Shown piece by piece: positions 37,911-48,635 of a DNA stretch of 64,000 nucleotides. Position 1 is the stretch's first letter. Every line of letters starts with the position of its first letter. The position numbers and the translations under genes were made by a program. A model generated the notes under the pieces. It made no database searches and had not been told where the DNA came from. It saw only the letters and a program-made list of their open reading frames with translations. The stretch comes from Ostrea edulis (taxonomy: Eukaryota), in contig NC_079171.1 in assembly GCF_947568905.1 (NCBI RefSeq), forward strand, positions 74,276,001-74,340,000. Direction: 5' to 3'.

Positions 37911-38814
37911 CACATGGGGCACGGACACTTTTATCAGCATCCTTGGCATTATCAACTCAATTAGCGTACCGGCGATCATGGCAACTCTTGCAAACATTTC
38001 AAGGTCAGAGAGCTTTACCCTTGCGTGTGGTTGACATATCCAACTTTATACCCCACTTGCATGCATCCCATTTTAGTGCAAGTACAGTTTCTTCCCATTT
38101 TTCTGCCATAGGCTATGTACATAAGATACTTGCATTACCGGACCCTACACAGCTGTTTATTGTGAAAAAGATACTAAGGGGTTATCACAGGTTGTCTCCC
38201 ACAGTGGATTCACGCCTGCCAATTGCCAGAGATATCTTGCTTCAGATTATCAAGGCTATACCCCACACCATTTCTGTTTTGGATTATCGTATTATGTTAG
38301 AAGCCCCTTTCTCTATTTGTTTTCATTCTTTCCTTAGATTGGTGAGGTCACAGTAAAACAAGGCATTACATCAGATAAAGTCATTCACCTTCAAGATGTA
38401 GAGTTTCAATACAATGACTCCATTCCCTCCAGAGTGCAATTAGTATTGCGCTATTTCAAAACCCAAAAAATGAATAAGCCTGTCACAATTTGTGTAGAGG
38501 GCTCCCCCACACTGGACCATTGCCCCGTCAAATCATTACACCGTTATCTGTCGCATTCAGGTCATACATCTGGTCCACTTTTTCAATATAGAGATGGTTC
38601 TCCGATTACGTACAATTATGTTTCCAAAGAACTTTCAAACATCATTAAGTATGTTAGTCTCAATCCTGCACTATACAAAGGTCACAGTTTTCGCATTGGG
38701 GCAGCAACATATGCAGCACAAAAAGGGTACTCGGAGAATTATATCCAACAATTAGGTCGCTGGAACTCTAATGCCTTGAAACGCTATATTCGCATACCTA
38801 CACTTTCTCTTTGA
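37871..38814 (+). pseudogene. Tyrosine recombinase, one frameshift near 38340
   Basis: SLALSTQLAYRRSW..DSRLPI..FHSFLR-(I)GEVT..YFKTQK..CPVKSL..GPLF..YKGHSFRIGAAT..LGRWNSNALKRYIR; catalytic R, H-x-x-R, W and Y visible. Confidence 0.93.
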
Positions 38815-38984
38815 TCACTTCACCTCTCCTGAATCAGCCCATTCGTTGGTGAAGTTCAAATATTTTATGCAGGTCCGTGTTTAACTGCTGCATCAAGTTG
38901 TTGGCTCATTTCACTCATTGGCTGTACCCGGTTTCTTTCTATACAGGCCCATTTTCCACCATATATAACTTTTACCAAAAATGC

Positions 38985-39245
38985 CAGTGTCCTACTACCC
39001 AAAAAATGGGGTTTACCATGCACGTCAGTGTTTAAGTGTCGCAATTATGAGGTCATTATGCAGGTCAGTGTTTAACCGCTGCAACAACGGGGGTTACCAT
39101 GCAGGTCAGTGTTTAACTGCTGCAACAATGGGGTCACAATGCAGGTCAGTGTTTAACTGCTGCAACAATGGGGTCACCATGCAGGTCAATGTTTAACTGC
39201 TGTAACAACGGGGACTACCATGCAGGTCAGTGTTTAACTGCTGTG
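38985..39245. repeat. Internal tandem array, ~38-bp unit, about 6 copies, downstream of YR
   Basis: ccatgcaggtcagtgtttaactgctgcaacaa(t/c)gggg(t/g)(c/t)a repeated. Confidence 0.93.
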
Positions 39246-39477
39246 GAAAAAACCCCAATCCATTTCCCTTCCCACTTTAAAGTACCTGTTTTAGGCATAT
39301 TTGCGTGCTGACTCACCAACAGGGTCCAACCGAAATATCCATTAATTACCTCCGTTATGGTTGAATTGTAGTTAAGTTTTTCACAACTTATGTATATAAA
39401 TGTTTGAATTTGTTACACAATTTACAAGACAGCTCACCTTGGATGGCTCTGAATATGATTTGTTAATCATATCTTTG

Positions 39478-39918
39478 GCCCTTTTTGTTCGCCATCTTTT
39501 TGCTTGTTGTACACTTTGGAACAAGTTTCCAAGGTCTGTATTTTAACTAGTCATTGTTTGTTATTTGTGATAATCATGTATGGGGAAAATCAGGACAGAT
39601 GTGTTGAAATCCTATGTAATTACATTGTATGTATCTACTGATTTTCCCCTGGTTGAACTGGTCAGTACCATATTTATCTGTGAAATTATCTATATGGGAG
39701 AAATCAGAAATGATGGGTTTATATATTGTGCAAGATTATGACAGTGTTTGTGGATCGCTGATGTCCCCCCTTCTTTGTATTAACCTTTATCTTCGTCATT
39801 TGTTGTCTAAAATAAATGACATATTTCATTCTCATACAGTTTTACAGTGTTGATTTTTAAAGCAAAAACAAGCTTTGGTGAGCTGTCCTCTTGAAAAGGA
39901 AATAGTATGAGACATAAA
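39478..39918 (+). repeat. Split direct repeat B1 (441 bp)
   Basis: Matches B2 apart from 10 substitutions and a 44-bp inversion. Confidence 0.95.
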
Positions 39919-39926
39919 ATATATAG

Positions 39927-40166
39927 TATGTATATAATAACATTTATGGCGAAACTTTTTCCTTATATTATTTATATTAGTTAGTACCGGGTAACCCGTA
40001 TTGTACCTCTGAACATTAAACCCCGTCGGGAACCCCTATTCAACATTAGCACAGTTTGTATCTGAACCAATGAAAACTTGTGTATAGATCACGTGTCTAC
40101 TTCTGTTAGAAAGTTTTGATTGTTTGGACTTGTAGAAAGCGTGTTGAAATTTGAGAAATCCAGTAA
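39927..40166 (+). repeat. Split direct repeat A2
   Basis: Near-identical to A1. Confidence 0.95.
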
Positions 40167-40239
40167 CCCACCACCTCCCCATCTTAAATCCCACCTATAT
40201 ATATAAAAATGTAGCTTAATTATTCGTCATCTTATTGTA

Positions 40240-40680
40240 GCCCTTTTTGTTCGCCATCTGTTTGCTTGTTGTACACTTTGGAACAAGTTTCCAAGGTCTG
40301 TATTTTAACTAGTCATTGTTTGTTATTTGTGATAATCATGTATGGGGAAAATCAGTAGATACATACAATGTAATTACATAGGATTTCAACACATCTGTCC
40401 TGATTTTCCCCTGGTTGAACTGGTCTGTACCATATTTATTTGTGAAATTATCTATATGGGGGGAATCAGAAATGATGGGTTGATATATTGTGCAAGATTA
40501 TGACAGTGTTCGTGGATCGCTGATGTCCCCCCTTCTTTGTATAAACCTTTATCTTCGTCATTTGTTGTCTAAAATAAATGACATATTTCATTCTCATACA
40601 GTTTTACAGTGTTGATTTTTAAAGCAAAAACAAGCTTAGGTGAGCTATCCTCTTGAAAAGGAAATAGTATGAGACATAAA
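40240..40680 (+). repeat. Split direct repeat B2
   Basis: Matches B1; separated from A2 by a 73-bp spacer with a C-rich tract. Confidence 0.95.
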
Positions 40681-42664
40681 TAGATATCATGATATATTGG
40701 GTTTTAACGTTTGCTGGTTTCTTTATAATTTATTTTGTTTTATTTTGAGGAAAGAAAATGTAGATTTCATTTTTTTTTAAACGTAAGATTAAAGCAAAAT
40801 TAAAGATTTTGACTTTTTTTCTTTATAATTGCTAGAAAAAGAAAATTGACTTTTCTTTTGAATGTTTGATGAATCCTATCATATACTTTTTTTGCAAATA
40901 CCTTAATTTCTGAACATTATATGCTTCCAGAAAGTGTTAAAAAAAATCGATACTTTAGTAAATGTACATGTGCATTGATGTATCAAATTGAACCCCTCTG
41001 CATCACAAAATATCAACGTATTGTTACACCCTCATTGAGAACCACTGAGCCAATTTCAATCAAACTTGGAACAGTAAAGGTGGTCCTATGAAAGAGACTT
41101 TTTAACAGGATGGGTGTCCTACAAAATCTATCAGAACTACAATTTGTGATATTACTATACAAGCATCCTGAAATGTATAGGGGTACAGTAGGAAACTTGT
41201 CAAGTTTTTTAAAAGGAAAAATTAAAGCAAAACATGTGCATGTGTGAAGTAATGTCTTTCAGTAACAATACAGAGGTTTTGAAATGGACAGAAAGCCTAC
41301 AATGATGCTGAAATGTTTTGGAATCCAAGTAATATAGATACACACTGATATCATCCAGAATGAATCAAGCATCCATCAGTTTTTGAGGATTAGTTGCAAA
41401 GACATGTAAATGATTAAGCATTTTCAACATAATATAGAAAATATACTCAGAATAGATTTCTTATACATATCTATTGTTGGATATTTCCATATGCCAAATC
41501 CATTCTCAATATTCTATCTACATGGGAATGTAATTTGTTCTTTGCTTCAAGCCTCTTCTTTATATACCCTTAACATGTGGATAGTTAATGTTTAATGTTT
41601 GAGATTTTTTGTTACTTAACTTTAGCATGAATGTGTCAAGTTTCCGTAAAAGGAATTAAATAATTTGAATTATAAAAAGAGAACTCTCTATGCGTCTTAA
41701 GGAAGTTTTAAACTCGACAGTTTCAGTCCATTCTAGCTAAAATGTAACTTTTAAAAGACCAATATTGAATGAAAAATTAAATCAGTAACTAAGGTGTAAT
41801 CTTCTCACGATTCGGCGTCTCAACATATCTCGTATCAAGACTATTTGAATATGTATCGGGCCACCATTTTTCCTCTCCTGATCCTATGGAGATGACAAAC
41901 AGAAAATACAATTACTTCACCCTAATTATCGTACTGTGTTGAAATCGTGTAAGGAGTACGTTTATGTTTGAGGGTCTCGTGCATTTTCGAGATACAAATA
42001 TCTGATATGTCCTAGAATTGTGCGGAAACGGATGGAACCATAGCGTACTTTTTTGCATACCAATCAATGAAACTATTGGGAGCTGTTTCTTACAAGTCTC
42101 CTGAAACAGCTAGACAGACTTAGTAGTACAGATAGATACACAGACAGTTTGACAGATATATATTTTATTTTAGTATTTCATATAATTAATTCATAACCTA
42201 ATAAACATCAAATTCATAACGTAATAGATAATAAATTGTTTGAAAAGAGTTTTGGAAGGAATATATCTGTTTTTAAAGAAGTCCCTATACTATCACCACA
42301 AATATACATTCTTGTTGCAGATGACGCAATGCAATGATCACCAGGTTTCTGTTCGTCGTTTTGCACCCACCGCATTTGCCCCTCAAGGTGGAAAAAAAAA
42401 TTGAAAACTAATTGCTCATCTAAAGGGCACCACCACTCATCTCCCAAAAGATGATTTGGCTTTTCATAAAATGAAAACCCCAATTGATCCCAGGGTGAAA
42501 ACGAAAATTTTGAAACTTTATTGCACATTTATAAGACACCGCCAATTATCTTCCAAAAGATTAGTTGGCTAGTAGGTAAAACAGGGAACCAAATGTATGA
42601 AATCTGGGAACTAGGTTTTTTTTTTTTTATAGAAAAACAATTTTTGAACACCATTTTGTTCCCA

Positions 42665-42865
42665 TTAGTACCTCGTTCGCACGACATAATATCTCGTCTG
42701 CACGACTTTTAAATTACCTCGTTCGCACGAGTTAATTATCTCGTTCGCACGACTTATTTTCTCGTTAGAACGACATATTTTCTCGTTCGCACGACATATT
42801 TTCTCGTTCACACGACATATTATGTCGTTTGCACGACATAATATCTCAGGCGAACGACATAATTT
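42665..42865. repeat. Degenerate ~21-22-bp tandem repeat (ctcgttcgcacgacata..), about 9 copies
   Basis: Directly visible. Confidence 0.88.
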
Positions 42866-43587
42866 CCTTATTTTATTTAAAACTTCTATATTTGTGCAGT
42901 CATTTTTATCACTAATCGGAACTGTACATTTCTTTAATATGAAATATCACTTGGACATGTTTTGTTAATCATGAAAAGTCAAATTGAAATAATAATAAAT
43001 ATCGGTATAAATACAAATCAATACTTAAAATATGATGATCGTATGTGCCTCAGCTCTTTGTCTTTCAAGAATGTTGTTTTTCCAACACTGACCCACATAA
43101 GATATCAAATCACTTGGAAATTGTATAACTAGGATGGACTGCTCTAACTTAGCCATAACATCCCGCTGTGTCATTCCATTAATACATTGAAAGTCCAGAT
43201 ATTGCAGCTCTGGGGTGCATTTATTTGTAATGAATGCACGCAACAATTAATATTGTTGAACATGTTTTTTTTGGGAGGGGGGGGGGGTGGACACGTTCAT
43301 ATGCTTTTGGATTTTGTTTGTAACGTTTGGAATTTTTTTTTAATCATTTAATTATTATTTTAAAAAATCATCCTCACTTCTGATTAAAATAATACTGTAA
43401 TTTAATTGACATCATTTAAAAAAGTTTTATGTACAACAAGGAAATTGCTTTTCTTTTTTAGTTTCAAAGAAAATGTTTAACCATTTATTTACAAAAGTAA
43501 CTTAGAGAAAAACGTATTATTTCACATGTTTTAAAAGCATCACGAAACCGTTTTTAAATAATGTTTGAAAGGAAGCTAGATAATCAT

Positions 43588-45180
43588 GGTTACATGAGGA
43601 ACATGCTTTGGTTCCAGCTGACAAAGCTAGTAACAACATTGTCTTTGTTTCTAAGGCTCATTATTACAACTGTATTTTAAACGAACTTGGCATTAATTCC
43701 ACTTTTAGTAATCATACTTATACCCCAACTGCCCTTTCAAAAGATGAAAATCTTCAAAACCATGCTTCAGTTTTAGACACATTCAATATCCCAGTCAATG
43801 GGTCGAATGAATATGAGTTACCGTACCTATACTGGATTCCTAAACTACACAAAAACCCTTAAAAACAAAGATACATTGCTGGATCCAGTAAGTGCTCTAC
43901 CAAGCCCCTATCTTTGCTCCTCACAAAAATATTAACAGTTGTGAAGGAGAAACTTCAAACTTATTGGGCGAATACATATACCAGAAGTGGTGCTATTCAA
44001 ATGTGGATTCTAAAAACATAAGAACTTTTGGTAAACTTGAAATCGCAGAATTTCTCCCAAATCAATAACATTAAAATATATGACTTTTCAACATTACACA
44101 CGACCATTCCTCACGATAAATTAAAGACTAGACTTTTTGACATCATAGACAGTTGCTTCTTCAACAAAAATGGAAAACGGAAATATTCATATGTAGTGAT
44201 TAGTCATTGAAAAACTTACTTTATTAAACAACACTCTGATTCCACGCACAAGTACTCTGAAGTTGAAATAAAAAATATGCTAGAGTTCTTCATTGACAAT
44301 ATCTTCGTGGTCTTTGGTTATCAGGTCTTCCAACAATATGTTGGAATTCCCATGGGCACGAATTGTGTTCCTTTGTTAGGTGACCTGTTTCTATATTCAT
44401 ACGAAGCAGAATTTATTCAAAAACTTCTACGCGAGAAGAAAAAAAAATATATCGCTGTGGCCTTCAATTCGACATTTAGATATATCGATGCTGTTTTGTC
44501 TTTTAACAATAATAGCTTTCATTCATACGTCGATTTGATATATCCCTGCGAGCTCGGAAGAAAGATCACCACAGAGTCGTCCACTTCTGCTTCATACTTA
44601 GATATTTTATTGAAAGTAGACATTAACAGCAAACTGACAACTCTAGTGTATGACAAACGGGATGATTTTAGCTAGTCGATCGTCAACTTTCCATATTTAT
44701 GTAGCAATATTCCATTATCACTTGCATATGGTGTTTATATATCTCAACTGATTCGATATGCAAGAGCTTGTTCTGGGTATAGTCAGTTTTTAAATCGAGG
44801 TAAGCTACTGACAAACAAGTTGATGGTACAGGGGTTTCAACATTCTCGATTGAAGACAGCATTTCGGAAATTTTATGGTCGTTATAACGACCTAGTTCGT
44901 CAATACAACCTCGCATTGGGTCAAATGCTGTATGATGTATTTCATACCGATTGTTCAGCCGTTCTTGGCACACTGATTGTGACTGCGGATAACTCCATTT
45001 ACCTGATCAGGATATAGGGCTCACGGCGGGTGTGACTGGTCAACAGGGGATGTTTACTCCTCCTAGGCACCTGATCCCACCTCTGGTATGTCCAGGGGTC
45101 CGTGTTTGTCCAACTATATATTTTGTATTGCTTTGTAGGAGTTATGAGATTGATCATTGTTCGTTATCTTCAGCTTGCAT
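43588..45180 (+). mobile_element. Penelope-like retroelement (probably Naiad-type), 5'-truncated, RT pseudogene plus 3' UTR
   Basis: VPADKASNNIVFV..LPYLYWIPKLHKNP..YDFSTLHTTIPH..GIPMGTNCVPLLGDLFLYSYEAEFIQ..FRYIDA(D>A)..thumb ending DVFHTDC, with no C-terminal GIY-YIG. Several stops and frameshifts. Confidence 0.88.
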
Positions 45181-45231
45181 CTTGAAGACGAATTTTTAAA
45201 AAAAAATAATGATGTTATATATTTACATTTA

Positions 45232-45640
45232 TGAGAACTGAATCCGTACTGATGTATGCAGATGATATGACAGTTTTTGCTGAGAAAATACACGAGCTTC
45301 TAAATATGTTACATGCGTTACATATGAATATACGAATACATGGAATCTTTTTATTAATGTATAGAAAACAAAAGTAGTTATTTGTAGGACTGGAGCTAAA
45401 ATTAAGCCTACAGAAAATGGAATCTGAATGGTCAGCCACTCGAGATTGTTGACATATTTGTATATCTTTGTATTTTACTTAACTTTAATGGTAACTTCAA
45501 TTGTACTCTAAAACAATTAGCCTGTCAAAGCAGAAAAGCCAAGTTTTTTATTGACATTTCAGGTTAGAAATATGTGTTTGAACACAGAAACACTGCTTTC
45601 ACTTTTTGATTCATATGTAGCAAGTATTCTGAACTATGGT
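45232..45640 (+). pseudogene. CR1/L2-like LINE RT C-terminal fragment
   Basis: LMYADDMTVFAEKIHELLNML..WNLFINV*KTKVVI..LEIVDIFVYL..NGNF..SLFDSYVASILNYG across frameshifts. Confidence 0.78.
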
Positions 45641-46269
45641 TAAGTTTAAGGTGGTCACGGTGTATTTTGAAACTGGGAGGCTACCTATGAAAATTATTCG
45701 CTTTTTTAGGGTGTTCAAATTTTGGTTTAAAGTGTTAGGTAGTGAAAACTGTATAATAATAAATTGTTATGATGAATTATATGTTAAATGTGATAAAACG
45801 AAAAACTGTAAAAAAAAAAAAAAAAAATTGGCTTATTGTATTAAACAAAAATCGTATGTTACGGGTCTAGGATATATCTGGTGTGAACAAGACGGTGGTA
45901 GTTGTAATGCTTTTTCCAGTTATAAAACAGAGATTAGTTTAGTAGAGCAAACTACCTGTTCCTCGAAATATATTGTTTATAAGCATGTTATTGATCACCT
46001 TTCCTGTGTATATTACCTTTGTAAGCCTATACCTATTATGTACAAAAAGCAAATTAGTCGTATTTGACTATTTTCTCACAATCTTGAAATCGAGAGAGGA
46101 CGTTACAACAATGCACTTAGGGAAAATATAGAGTATGTGAATTTTGCAAAAATAAATTGGAGGACGAATACCACTTTGTTTAATATGTCCTCACTTTGAA
46201 GAACTTGTGTAAAAAAAAATCAACAAAAAGCATCTATATTCATTCTATGCAAACCATTATTGGTTTCAA

Positions 46270-47130
46270 AGTTTTTAAATTGAAACTCGGTACTATTCAT
46301 TGCCTCACATGTGTGGGGGACCAAACGCTTCTCATTTTCCCCATATTTTATTTTCTCTCTTAAAGCTGGCTTGTTTCTAAAGCGATACGTTTTGGACATT
46401 TTGTGATTATTGATAGAACAAAGGACCGAAATACATTTTTGTGCAAATCATTTGTTTGTTAATTTTCTAAAAGTTGAAACAGAATTTTTTCAGAGTCCCG
46501 CGAGTATGAGGGACCAAACATTTCTTGCGTATCCAGTGCTTTTTTCCCCTCTGTCTTCAAGCTGGTTTGTTTAATTGATAAGTGTATTATATTTTGATAA
46601 ATCAATAGAATAAACGAACGAATTACAGTAAAGTGACAGCCGTTTTTGGTAAGTTAAGTTTTTAAAGTTGAAACACAATACATTGTTATAGTCCTGCGAG
46701 TATGAAGGACCAAACGTTTCTCGCGTCCCTCATATGGTTTTCTCCCTTCAAGTTGATTTGTAGAAGTGATTGGTTTGGCAATTTAATGTTAAATCATAAG
46801 GACAAAAATGGAGTACATTGTTAATCAAACCCTTTTTGTTTGGTTTCTAAAACATTCTTTCACAGTTCAAACAAAGTTCTTTTTCAGATTCCCGCGATTA
46901 TGGAGGACCAAAAGTTTCCTACGTCCCCCATAAATTTCTCTCTCTTCCGACTGATTTTCTAACAGTGATGTTTGTACAATTTAGGATGATTCAATAGCTC
47001 AGAAGAAGGGTATTAACATGTATGTGTAAGCAATTTTTGTTTTGTTGAGTTTTTAAAGTAGAAGGACAGTACTTTATTATAGTCCCGCAAATGTGGGGGA
47101 CCAATATTTTATCGCATCCCCCTTGTTTTC
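46270..47130. repeat. Diverged ~195-bp tandem array (5 units)
   Basis: Anchor ggaccaaa..tt(t)c..gc.tcccc at 46318, 46511, 46707, 46905 and 47098. Confidence 0.78.
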
Positions 47131-47334
47131 TTCTCTCTTCGTGCACACTTTTAAAAGTGTATTTTTTTATTATCACAATGTTTTATTATTTTTGTAAAAG
47201 ACGGCGATGGCTGTGTATATAATTTTTAAAAGTAGTTTTGTTTCATTTAGTTGTTTAGAGCAGACTTTACTGATATCTCCATTGTCAAGTGTTTACTTTA
47301 TGTGGCTAAGTACCCCAAACTTCACCTCAACCAG

Positions 47335-47336
<2 letters not shown>

Positions 47337-47390
<54 letters not shown>
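47337..47390. repeat. (AG)n microsatellite
   Basis: Pure AG run. Confidence 0.98.
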
Positions 47391-47392
<2 letters not shown>

Positions 47393-47689
47393 AAATGACT
47401 ACATCACCTTACGGTTACCCCGGTTCTCCTAATAATGGAGGGAGCGTATACGTCAATACTAATGCAAACTTTTAGTAACAATCTTCACGACACCTATATT
47501 ATATAATTTTATCAGATTGGTAAGAGTTGGAGTGACATTAGGCTAGTCAAGTTTTTCCCCTAGCAATGAAATGGTCGACATCTGCCCCCCCCCCCAAAAA
47601 AAAATGGAGGGGCAACCCCTCCTTGAAACCACAGTGTCTGAATATTTATATCGATACATGTATATATACACCCTGCCCAATTCAGTTTG

Positions 47690-47690
<1 letters not shown>

Positions 47691-47746
<56 letters not shown>
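47691..47746. repeat. (TA)n microsatellite
   Basis: Pure TA run. Confidence 0.98.
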
Positions 47747-47750
<4 letters not shown>

Positions 47751-48014
47751 CCTGTAAATGTGCATCTAATACATATGTGATATAGAAAAACATCTGCCAC
47801 AACAATGGTCGAAATGTCGAATCGATCACAGACACAGATGTTCGACGTTTTAAAGAAACCATATCTCACTGGAAGACATAAATAATTATTTCCTGTTATT
47901 TATTTTTAATAAAATATTTTTAAAAAGACCCGTTGTAATCAATATCTAATTACTAATGTAGTGATATTTCATTTCAACATGCATCATATACATACCTGTA
48001 TGTACGTTAAAATT

Positions 48015-48310
48015 GACAGCCCAGTAGCTAAGTACTTCGTTACTAGCTTGAAAATACGGATGTATATTTAATTGCTGTTATAAAATTTAGAAATTCATTT
48101 CAAAATTAAGGATTATCTCCCTCATGCCTAGCTCTTATCCTTAAACGAATTTGGCTCCAGTTTTTTGGCACGCTGCTTTTGGCTATATTTAGCTCTAAAA
48201 CTGCATAGTTATTTCGGATTTCAAGCATTTCGGTTGAGCATCACTGAAGATACATTATTTGTCGAAATGAGCATCTGCTGCATCAAAATTGGTACCGTAT
48301 AAGTTTTACA
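48015..48310 (+). mobile_element. Hammerhead-bearing repeat monomer (5'-truncated)
   Basis: Direct match to the reverse complement of 10305-10590; ends gtaccgtataagtttt. Confidence 0.85.
48238..48281 (+). ncRNA. Hammerhead ribozyme, degenerate
   Basis: gcatca CTGAAGA tacattatttgtc GAAA tgagca TC tgctgc; core intact, stem II closing pair mutated. Confidence 0.62.
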
Positions 48311-48361
48311 TGTAAGAGAACTGAATTTAAAAAAAACCGTACAAATACGTTAATATTGTTA

Positions 48362-48635
48362 GCAAGGTGAAGATAATGAACAGTGATCAATCTCATAACT
48401 CCTACAAGCAATACAAAATATATAGTTGGGCAAACACAGACCCCTGGACACACCATAGGTGGGATCAGGTGCCTAGGAGGAGTAAGCATCCCCTGTTGAC
48501 CGGTCACACCCGCCGTGAGCCCCATATCCTGGTCAGGTATACGGAGTTATCCGCTGTCAAAATCAGTGTGCCAAGAACGGCTTAACAATCGGTATGAAAC
48601 ACGTCAGACAACATTTGACCCAATGCAAGGTTGTA
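48362..48635 (-). mobile_element. Penelope-like 3'-end fragment
   Basis: Full 3' UTR plus the last RT codons (reverse complement). Confidence 0.9.

Larger units (their letters stand above)
32218..40680 (+). mobile_element. Tyrosine-recombinase retrotransposon with split direct repeats (Ngaro-type; A1-ORFs-B1-A2-B2)
   Basis: A1 32218-32457 matches A2 39927-40166; B1 39478-39918 matches B2 40240-40680. Hydrolase, gag, RT/RNase H and YR lie in between on the plus strand. Confidence 0.93.

Noticed and set aside
2200-39245. Tandem arrays as possible CRISPR loci
   Set aside because: Units are contiguous with no unique spacers, no cas genes are present, and the DNA is eukaryotic.
43025-43246. 73-aa minus-strand ORF
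   Set aside because: No recognisable domain or clear splice context.
45010-45180. SECIS element or hammerhead in the Penelope-like 3' UTR
   Set aside because: I could not fold a convincing SECIS, and no CUGANGA/GAAA core is present on either strand.
21211-48585. Antisense ORFs 21211-21444, 44683-44973, 48283-48525, 48367-48585 and 13185-13400
   Set aside because: They are shadow frames of the Penelope-like RT and its 3' UTR.
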